64,000 bases of DNA. It comes from the human T2T-CHM13v2.0 reference genome, Homo sapiens. Under the pieces are notes generated by a model. It was not told the DNA's origin. It saw nothing but the letters and a program-made list of their open reading frames with translations, and ran no database searches. Of the stretch, positions 49,292-64,000 are shown in pieces. The stretch is taken from NCBI RefSeq assembly GCF_009914755.1, contig NC_060947.1, one strand, 5' to 3'. Numbering within the stretch: position 1 is the first letter of the stretch; every line of letters begins with the position of its first letter. Both the position numbers and the translations under genes were made by a program.

Positions 49292-49529
49292 AAATAAGTT
49301 TGTACTTCTTCAAACTGGTCATGATGTTATATATATGAATAAGGAGTATAAGAAACTTATGTGGGTCTTGTTCACAGTCTACCTTTTCTGCTAATAATAT
49401 GATGATACTTTGTGGCTCACTCTGTCTCATATAATTTCAGGGTGATAGTACCTTTTGAAACAAATTGAGCTTCACCACCAGCTTGATATGTGCAAACAGC
49501 GTGATCTATATGCAACAACAACAACAAAA

Positions 49530-49680
49530 ACATGACATTGTCACAGGCTGAGCTGATGAGGATAGGAGTCTAGGGCAAAAGAGAGGTAGTTGTCCTTCTC
49601 TGCTCTGTACTGCTAAGACTTCAGCTGGAGTATGTTTCTTTTATGGCACTGTATTTCAGGTGGGATGTTGGGGTGATGGC
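49530..49680 (+). mobile_element. L3/CR1 fragment
   Basis: GAGGTAGTTGTCCTTCTCTGCTCTGTACTGCTAAGACTTCAGCTGGAGTATG resembles CR1 RT 3' region. Confidence 0.65.
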
Positions 49681-49692
49681 CAGCAACTTAAA

Positions 49693-49906
49693 CAGTGGCT
49701 TTCAAACTTTTGACCAAATACATTTGGCATCACAACCAAATATTTGTATTGGTGTGTGTGTAATTGAAAAGTTTTACAAAGCATATATTACATGCGATGC
49801 ACCAAAATGTTTTCTATTCTCAGTTATATTAAGTTCTGATTTATTTTTGAAAAACTGATATCATGGTGCAACTCAGGAGTAAATCCCCACATTTTGAAAA
49901 ACACTG
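49693..49906. mobile_element. hAT-Charlie-type MITE
   Basis: TIRs CAGTGGCTTTCAAA / TTTGAAAAACACTG; degenerate 8-bp TSD AACTTAAA / ATCTGAAA. Confidence 0.65.
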
Positions 49907-50039
49907 ATCTGAAACACTTATTTTACTATAATAATTTAGTGATTGTTATCATCATTATCAGCATTATTTGACAATAAATAAGACCTTAGTTGAGGTGTAG
50001 TTGGTTACTTAATGGATAATGTATGCTGTTTAGTATATA

Positions 50040-50700
<661 letters not shown>

Positions 50701-51683
50701 TACCTACATGTTGCCAAAAAATAATCATTCCATGTTTCAGGGAAATGCGGTGGCTGGCTATATATACAATTAAAATTACTTAAGGAAGGGGTTGTCTATG
50801 TGCAATCACTGCTAAAAATGAAGTCCCCATGATGATTTTATTTTAACTTTGTCTATCAGTAACATTTGTTAGTCCTACAGTTATTAGAAAATCAGATATA
50901 CTGAAAGAAGATATATCACTTTAAATAAATATAGAAAGGAAACTAGATTGCACAGCCTTGTCTAAGCCAATACAAATTAAATTCCTGCTGAATGCCTGGC
51001 TCTCTTATTCCATCTGCCCTTGTCTCTAGCCAAAACACTTCTTTCCTGCCTCGTAGAATCTGAATTCTAATGACATTTGCAATCTATTTGGTTAAAAGAC
51101 GAGTGGCCATACTTTTTTGATCAAATATACATTTATTGCCTCAATTTGTGTGGTACTGTAATGAAAAGGCATTATAGGACAATCGCAAATTAAATTTCAT
51201 CAATCCATATTCCCAATGTCCCATTTGATGTATCTTTTAGGTACAGCATATGCTATATCTTCATCCCTCTGTTGTAATTTCTGAGATAATATTTCCATTT
51301 TTCATTGTACCTGGAATAAAACAATAAAAAAGTTATAGTTGGCATAAATTAAATAAAAGTGCAAGAGGTGACATAAATATATTATTCATTCCTTAAATCT
51401 GTTAATTTGGGTTGGCTGTCATTAGCCCCACCCTTCGCCTTCCCTCTCGTTCTGTCTCTTCATTGGTAAAGGATGAGCTAGCTTAGCCTACTAGAGCTGA
51501 AAAAAACCCTGAGGTGCATGACATCAAACAGAAAGAGAGAATGGCATGATAAAAATAACATGGGCTACACAAAGCAAATATACTAAAATGTTTAATTTCA
51601 GGATCTAGGTGATGGGTGTGTTGGTGTACAATTCTTTTAATTTTTCTGTATATTTAAAAATTGTCATTAAAAATGTTAGAAAA

Positions 51684-53650
<1,967 letters not shown>

Positions 53651-53829
53651 GGAAATTAAATAGTATATATATATGTTTTTAAAGAAAAACATCCTAAGAG
53701 TTGAATTGCTGGGTAAAAAACTGTATACAGATTCCCTTCTTTTGATAGCTATTGACAAGTTACTGCTACAAAAATTATTTCTTTCTGTTGATAGATGTTG
53801 ACAAATTACCTCTATAAAAATTATACTTA

Positions 53830-54144
<315 letters not shown>

Positions 54145-55861
54145 CTACAAATAATATACGAACTTACATTTCCCCATTACTGTTACAGCACAGTATATTA
54201 TCAAACATACTGACCTTTTTCAATATGATAGCTGAGAATCAGTGCTTCAGTTTACCTTTAGTTTGTATATGTCTTATTATGCCTGAGATAAGCATCTTTT
54301 CATATGATTAAGAGTCAGAGGTTATAGATGAAAACTGGATTTTCTAGGGAACCACTTCTCAATCTGATGAGGTAAAGTATTCTATTTTCTGCCTCCATGA
54401 CTAGACCTACACTGGTACCCAGAGCCCAGGATCACAGAAACTTTGGAGTCAAAAGTTCTTAGAAGAGGATTAAGAAGAGTTTTTAGATTTTGTCTAGGAT
54501 CTCAAGAAACAAGTTAGTGTTAGAATAAGGACCACAATCCACAACTTCTGACATGTGGCCAGGATTCAAGCTCTGTGCTCGATGCTTGGGAAGGACAAAG
54601 ATTTTGAAGCAGGCAAGTGATGAAACATTCATACCTGAACTTTAGAAAGATGAATAAACCCACGTGTTTTACAGTGAGCGAGAATGGATTAGGAGCAGTG
54701 GCTTGCTCATAGCGGGCATTTAGTAAACATATAAAAGAAAAAGAAAAAGGGTCCAATCTAGGAAGAGAGAAACCTTGCAAGACACAGTTGTGTCCCACTG
54801 GCCCAAAGAACTCTGAATCAAGTAGCCTTATAGGGTTCCAGCAGAGAAAGCCAAGACAGAAGAAAAAAATGCCGGAAGTGCTGCTCACAGTACTGCTGCA
54901 TATGATTGCACAATTTGCATTGCACAAAGGTACCTGGTGGGTAAGAGCAGGCAGTAAGGCCTGGAATTAAGTCTGTATTGTGTTTGCTATGCCATGAGCC
55001 CACAGAGCTATGTAAGCCCACAGAGGGTTCTCATTCCTAATACGTCCCACAAGAGAGAGTGAGTGCTTTACTGATCTGTTAATCCAGAGAGGTGTCGTTT
55101 TCCAATCTATCTGTTGAGAGGGAGCACCTCTCTCTAATTTGCATAAATGTGCTCTGTGTATGCTAGTGGTGGCCACACAGGTCCCTCTTGGAGTCATGTA
55201 GCCCAATGCCCATGGCAATGGCTATGGTTCCCCACCCATCCTCCAGGTCTTCCACCTTCTGTACTGCTCCAGGAATTGTATAAAATGGCTGGATGCAGGG
55301 ATCCCAGTTAGAAGTCTGTTGAGGGAAATCAGAGAGTAGACAAAGGATAGAGATAGATTCAGGAAGATAAGGAAATAATTTGGTATTATACAAGGATCCT
55401 ATAATGTCGTTTTCAAATAGCAAAAATGCTAAATGCTAATAAACATAATGTAATGCATTCCAATGTTCAGTAGAATAGTTTTGCTGCACTTGCAAAATTA
55501 TGAGGGAATATTCATATTGAATGTTTATCATCAGTAATATGGAACATTAGCAATTGATTCAATTTGATTTCTGGTCTGCTCCTGTTATAGTATACATTGG
55601 GAAACATCTTCCTGGGTTGAGGACCTGGAGGGAAGCTTGTGTTTTCATCAGAAGGTCAGAAAGCCAGTGTCAGGGAGGGATCAGGAGTGTCACTAATTAA
55701 ATGATATATTGTGTAGATTTCACCTTCTTTGTAATAAATTGAATCATTTTGCATACCACATAACTCCAACAAAGATCTCTTTCCTGACTTTTCCAATTAT
55801 CAGGTGTTGACTCCTGTCTTTTGAAATAAACAAAATACCAACTAGCATTCAAACAAAAAAG

Positions 55862-56030
55862 CAGCAAGCACGGTAGTGCCTGCCTATAGTCCCAGCTATT
55901 CCTTGTAGTCCCAGTTACTTGGGAGGCTGAGGCAGGACGAGCATTTGAACCCAGGAGTTTGAGTCCAGCCTAAGCAGCAGCAAGAACCTGTCTCTAAAAA
56001 AAGAACAAAACAAAGCAAACAAATAAAAAC
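55862..56030 (+). mobile_element. Alu monomer (FLAM-like) with internal duplication of TAGTCCCAG
   Basis: Single arm, A-rich tail. Confidence 0.8.
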
Positions 56031-56062
56031 CTAAAAATGCAAAGCAGAAGACAAATAACTTC

Positions 56063-57069
56063 GAAGAAACAACAGATGCTGGAGAGGCTGTGGAGAAATA
56101 GGAATGCTTTTACACTGTTGGTGGGAGTGTAAATTAGTTCAACTAATGTGGAAGACAGTGCGGTGATTCCTCAAGGATCTAGAATCAGAAATACCACTTG
56201 ACCCAGCAACCGCATTACTGGGTATTTACCCAAAGGATTGTAAGTCATTCTACTATACAGACACATGCACACGTATGTTTATTGCAACACTATTTACAAT
56301 AGCAAAGACTTGGAACCAACCCTAATGCCCATCAATGATAGATTGGATAAAGAAAATGTGGTACATATACACCATGGAATACTATGCAGCCATAAAAAAG
56401 AATGAGTTCAAGGCTGGGAATGGTGGCTCACACCTGTAGTCCCAGCACTTTGGGAGGACGAGGCAGTTGGATCAGGAGGTCAGGAGTTCAAGACCAACCT
56501 GGTCAAGATGGTGAAACCCTGTCTCTATTAAAAATGCAAAAAAATTAGCTGGGCATGGTCGTGGGCGCCTGTAATCTCAGCTACTCGGAGGCTGAGGCAG
56601 ATAATTGCTTGAACCTGGGAGGCAGGGGTTGCAGTTAGCCAAGATCGCACCACTACACTCCAGCCTGGGCAACAGAGCAAGACTCAGTCTCAAAAAAAAA
56701 AAAAAAAGAAAAGAAAAGAATGAGTCATGTTCTTTGCAGGTACATGGATGAAGCTAGAAGCCATCATTCTCAGCAAACTAACACAGGAACAGAAAACCAA
56801 ACACTGCATGTTCTCACCCATAAGTGGAAGTTGAACAATGAGAACACATGGGCACAGGGAGGGAAACATCACACACTGGGGCCTGTCAGGAGATGTGGAG
56901 AAAGGGGAGGGAAAGCATTAGGACAAATACTTAATGCATGTGGGGCTTAAAACCTAGATGACGGGTTGATGGGTGCAGCAAACCACCATGGCACATGTAT
57001 ACCTATGTAACAAACCTGCATGTTCACCACATGTATCCCAGAACTTAAAGTAAAATTTAAAACAAAGAA
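56063..57069 (+). mobile_element. 5'-truncated L1 (L1PA8-PA10-like) 3' end, split by an Alu
   Basis: AACAACAGATGCTGGAGAGG...; 3'UTR GGGGCTTAAAACCTAGATGACGGGTTG. Confidence 0.95.
56412..56713 (+). mobile_element. Alu (AluSg-like)
   Basis: TSD AAAAGAATGAGT(T)CA. Confidence 0.96.
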
Positions 57070-57899
57070 AGCTGTACATTTGCAAATTGTCTATGTCTGA
57101 ACTAATATTCCCTGCCAATTAAAACACATAAAACACATACGTCAAATTACAATTAAAGTCATACAGCTATGTTCATATAATCTGCTTGTAATCAAGTTTT
57201 TTTTTGGGTGTTAAGCAAAAACAAGTGAAAGAGAACAAAGCAGGAATCCCTAAAGAGAATGGTCAGTTTATAGACATGAAAGATTACAGTATTTAATACC
57301 TAGCAAATACCCATCCAATTATTGTATTTTATGTACAGTGCTGTTAACCTATAAACAAAGACAGAATCACACAGCATACAAAAGAAGCCCTAACCTATCT
57401 TTTGAAATAACTGTAATCTCACTGAATGTGAAGAATGCATTAATTTACCTCAGTAGTTTGAAGAAAATTCATTATCTTGATGTGTTCTGTTTTTATCCTT
57501 TTGTCCGGATGGTGGTCCATTGAATTTTATGGGTGCTGCAAAATATTTTTGAGAACTTACTGTCTTGAGAATACTTAACAGTGAAATATAATTACCCCCA
57601 GGAACAACTTTTGCTTCCCCAATGCTTAATGTTATTCTTTAAGCCTGTTAGTTGTCCTGTTGAATTTCACTCACCTGAATAAGCCAAGTGTACATGAAGT
57701 TGGTATTCCACTAAAAATACAAAAATAAGAAAATAAAAGAACATTGGAATTTTGTTTATTATTTAAATATTTTTTTTGTCCTATGGACAAAAGGAGAAGT
57801 TTAACTCTAGTCCAATTATCTGCCCTTTCTCTCTCCTTCGAATGAAAATGATCTCCTTTCAGGATTATGAAGTGAAACCACCAATATGAAGTCAGCATA

Positions 57900-57966
57900 C
57901 GTCATCATAATGATGATAATGATCGTCATCATAATGATGATAATGATTGTCATCATAATGATGACG
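57900..57966. repeat. 24-bp tandem repeat (about 2.7 copies) with internal dyad symmetry
   Basis: GTCATCATAATGATGATAATGAT(C/T) at 57901-57924 and 57925-57948, partial third copy 57949-57965. Confidence 0.95.
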
Positions 57967-58179
57967 GCTTGGTCTTAGAACCAAGCCAGCTAATGGAGTA
58001 ACTAAGAGAACGAGGAGGTGGGCCTAGATGGTTGCTTAGGGATTGTAGTTGGCCTGTGGAGTTAGGGGTGAATGATACTAGGTCCCTGTCCTCAGGGAGG
58101 TTGTGGTTCAGTAACAGAAGGCAGTCACCTAATTCAGAGTGGCACACATCACCAGAAGGAAATAGAGAAGGCAGTAGAA

Positions 58180-58400
58180 TATAAATAGGAGGGATTCTGT
58201 GGTCAAAATGCCTGGATTCTAATCCTGCTCCTTCGCTTACTAGTTGTTGATTTCAAGAAAGTTACTTGCACACTGAACCTCGGCTTTCTCATCTGTGAAA
58301 TGGGGATAATAAATAGTACTTCTCTCATAGGGTTACTGTGATGGTTAAATAAGACAATCAGTGTCCATATACCAGTAACTGTCACTGAACAAATTTCAGT
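58180..58400 (+). mobile_element. MIR
   Basis: TGCCTGGATTCTAATCCTGCTC...CTGAACCTCGGCTTTCTCATCTGTGAAATGGGGATAATAA. Confidence 0.88.
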
Positions 58401-59141
58401 TATTATATATGATTATATATACCAGATAATAAATATATCAAAAACTATATATCTCTATATAAAAATGCCAGATATTATTTATGATAACATCTGTATCAAT
58501 TTATTCAATAAATCAACAACTGAGTACACCTCAATCCTCTAGGATAATATTCAGAGACTTAGACCCAATCGGCTATCTCCCAGTTTCCTCTGGGAGACAA
58601 ATTGAATAATCCCAAAATGGGGGCTTTAGGAAGTAATTCGGCTTGAGATAACATAATTAATGCAATATTTGTGATATATTCAATAGCTCATTTCAGATAA
58701 TAAAATGTTGGCATTCTTCCAGTCTAGTGACTTCCAAACCTGCCTCTACGTCCTAATCCCTGATTTTAAAATTTCTCATGGTGATTTTGAAGCATAGTTT
58801 TTGAAGTCTGGCCCCCTTGTGTGACTGATAAGGAAATTCTTGCAGTAATGTTTCAACCTCCCTGTCCAGCTTATCCATTCTGTCTTTAAGAATGTTTCTC
58901 TTACTTCTATGAAAGGGTCCTCTTTGGGGTTAATTTTCTGCCGTAAGGTTAATTATGCATCTTTCATTTCTTTACTCCCTCTAGTTGGGCTACAACCTCC
59001 TACAAACGCGATTAGCCCTACTCCAGAATCTGGGACTAGTATGGGCTCTAGAGAGAGTACTAGAGGGGCCTTTGTACCCATACTCAATACTGCTAGTCTC
59101 ATTACAATCCTACTTTTGACCATAAACCCTAGCTATTTTAA

Positions 59142-59576
<435 letters not shown>

Positions 59577-60149
59577 ATTTGCTGCTCTTTAAGTCTCTGT
59601 AGTCTGGCTTCCACCCTCTTTTTGCCACTGATACCCTTACTTCTCTTTCTATGATCCTTTCTCCTTATGTTGTATTGGAAGATAATACTGATTAATACCC
59701 ATGGCTAGTTGAATTGCTGTGAGAACATTAAATAAGCATTATAGGCCAAAGTTGTTTTGATATTTACCCAGCTCTTTTAGGTTGTTGGTGCTATTTGCTG
59801 AACCATGACTGAGCCTACTGCAGTCCAGTTGCTTCTTTGAAGTCTAGTCCATTATGTAGCCTCAATAGGGAAGTCATAGACAACAAGTATGACAGAGTAC
59901 ACTCTATATGTATGCTTCATGGCAGCATGCAGCATGTAGAAACAAGGAGACAGCAAATTGGCCTAAGATTGAGGTTGGATGTGGAAGGGATGCATTTTGA
60001 TGAAAGACGTCAATTACACTGCACAAGATGGAGGAGGATATATGTTTGAATGGAAGTATGTCACGTGAAAAGTTCTGGAAATTTGAGTTAAACACAGAGC
60101 AGCAATTTAGCAGAGCTACTAAAAATAGTTTAAACAATTCTAGGCTACA

Positions 60150-60270
60150 TTGGTTTCATTTAATCCTTACAACAAGTCATTACAACACAAGCATTAATGG
60201 GTATAGTCTCTATTTTATAGATGAAGATATTGGTGGTTAGTGAGGTCCATTAACTTGTCCAAGATTATAC
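60150..60270 (-). mobile_element. MIR fragment
   Basis: CATTTAATCCTTACAACAA...ATTTTATAGATGAAGA...TAACTTGTCCAAG. Confidence 0.7.
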
Positions 60271-60783
60271 ATTCAACCCCATGATAATCTTAATTATTCT
60301 CATGGCTTGAATTGTCATTTATAGGCTGATGACTCCCAGTTATATCTGTCATTCAGACCTCTCCTGTGAATCTGTATCTACCCTCCTATACAACATCTCC
60401 AATAGAATATAAAATTCAATATTTCCAAAGCAAAACTCCTGTTTTATAGTTTCCTCCCACAAATCTGTTTCTCTTGTACCCCTATCAATTACCTGTTACC
60501 ACCATCCACCTAGTCACTTATGTCCATAAACTAGCAATCATCCTAGGTTTCTTTTCCCCCTTATTGCAGCAATAATATCCTGCTGACTGTACCTCTAAAA
60601 TGTATTCTGGATTAGAACCTTTGTCACCACCTATTCTTTTACCTAAATCAATCCATCAACATCTTTTGCATGGACTACTGCAAAAAGCCTTTGTACAGCT
60701 TTCCCTGCTTCCACACTTGCCAGGTTACAATCCATTCTCAACACAGTAGCCAAAGCTATAATTTAAAAATATATATATCTATT

Positions 60784-61065
60784 GGCCAGGTGCAGTGGCT
60801 CACGCCTGTAATCCCAGCACTTGGGGAGTCCGAGGCGGGTGGATCACGAGGTTGGGAGTTCAAGACTAGCCTGGCCAAGATGGTGAAAGCCCGTCTCTAC
60901 TAAAAATACAAAAATTAGCTGTGGGTGGTGGCGGGCGCCTGTAGCCCCAGCTACTCGGGAGGCTGAGGGAGAGAATTACTTGAACCTGGGAGGCAGAGGT
61001 TGCAGTGAGCCGAGAATATGCCACTGCCCTCCGGCCTGGGCAACAGAGCGAGACTCCGCCTCAAA
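60784..61065 (+). mobile_element. Alu (AluSg-like), poly-A almost absent
   Basis: Full Alu body; flanks share AAATATAT. Confidence 0.96.
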
Positions 61066-61446
61066 TATATTCTTTGCTAAAGAGCTTGCAGTAGCTTTGC
61101 ATTTTCTGACCAACCCAACTTGGGCCCATCTTCCTGCCTGTCACAACAAAGCCAAACACTGACATTGGAATTTGTAGTGAAAAAAGGGAGGCATTTATTG
61201 CAGGGCCCCAAGCAAGGAAAAATAGGCAGCTTATGGTTAAGACCCAAACTCCCTGATGGCTTAAGGGTTTTTAAAGGCAGGGAGGCAGAGATCACAGACA
61301 ACGTAAAAAATCGATACATGAAAGCTATACATTGGTTTGACCTCAAAAGGTGGGACACCTTAAAGCAGGGGCCCACAGGTTATAGGTGGATTCAAAGATT
61401 TTCTGATTTGCAATTGCTTAAGGAGGTAAAGCTTTGTCAAAAATTT

Positions 61447-61830
<384 letters not shown>

Positions 61831-61852
61831 TCAGAACACAGAATGGACATCA

Positions 61853-62265
<413 letters not shown>

Positions 62266-62322
62266 AAGATATTATTTTTATTTTCTATACTGAATTAAAC
62301 ACATTATGACTCGAACTTCCTT

Positions 62323-62368
62323 GGCTACTATTGTAGGCTACTATAGGCTACTATTGTAGGCTACTATA
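62323..62368. repeat. Perfect 23-bp tandem duplication
   Basis: GGCTACTATTGTAGGCTACTATA x2. Confidence 0.95.
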
Positions 62369-62792
62369 GTCTACTATTACCTTCTGGCTTATCAGGTTGC
62401 TCACTTACTTCTCAAGGCTAGCTAGGTGCCTGGAATTTCCCTTGAAGGAACTCAAGATTTTCCTTTATTTCCATTCTTCGGTTGGGAAGGCGCATGGCAG
62501 GCCCCTAAGAGGGGTCCCTACTCCATCTCAAATGAAATTAGATATCCAAGTTCATTTCTATTGCTAGTAAAGCCCTACATGACCTGGCCCTTGCTCACCT
62601 TTTTTGTCTTATCTCCTATCATTTTCCATCTTTTGGTCCCTGGATATGTCAAGCTCATTCAGTCTCAGGATCTTCGCATTAGTTGTTCCTTCAGCCCAGG
62701 GAGTACTTCCACATGTAAGTTTCTTGGTTTACTCTTGTCATTAGGACTCACTTCAAATGTCACTCTCTGAGTGGCCTTTCCTGACTACCTAG

Positions 62793-63152
<360 letters not shown>

Positions 63153-63349
63153 TATTATCTTACATTCTTATTATTTGTTTGATTCCTTGTCAAACTCATA
63201 AGCTCTTTCAAGTCATGGACCTTGTCTGTCTTTTTTGCTGTTTTACGTCAGAATCTAATACAGTGCCAGGTTTTCCCCATTACCCCATGCTTTGCTATAT
63301 AGTGTCTAAAAGTGTTCTTGATCATCGGAAGTAACAATATTCGTCTTTT

Positions 63350-63931
<582 letters not shown>

Positions 63932-64000
63932 TTAGTCATTACTGCTTCCAGTTGTGTTAAGGATAAGTCTGAATTCTGGACCTTCTTTTCTCTTTGAATC

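Noticed and set aside
57900-57966. CRISPR-like palindromic repeats
   Set aside because: Units are contiguous with no unique spacers, no cas genes, and the context is primate genomic DNA

Overview
Primate (human-like) genomic DNA, probably intergenic or deep intronic, dominated by interspersed repeats. I could not support any host protein-coding exon, structural RNA gene, CpG island, CRISPR array or prokaryotic sequence. The main components are: (1) a full-length, TSD-flanked L1PA5/6-like LINE-1 (2918-9115) whose ORF1 and ORF2 are disabled but whose antisense ORF0 is open; (2) three 5'-truncated primate L1 3' ends and several old L1M fragments; (3) about 30 Alu/FLAM/FRAM copies; (4) a fragmented MLT1-type MaLR provirus (35785-44824) invaded by an old L1, four Alus and a MER50-like LTR; (5) a MER11 solo LTR with a perfect 6-bp TSD; (6) another ERV1-class LTR, a Tigger3a-like MITE, and hAT, L2, L3/CR1 and MIR relics. 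Most ORFs in the supplied track are repeat-derived or chance. Subfamily names come from recalled consensus sequences, not a database search. I found no convincing new biological system. The best leads are small-scale: the open, extended ORF0; an identical premature ORF2 stop shared by two separate L1 insertions; a palindromic 24-bp minisatellite; a template-switch hairpin; and a dense promoter/enhancer-like motif cluster.
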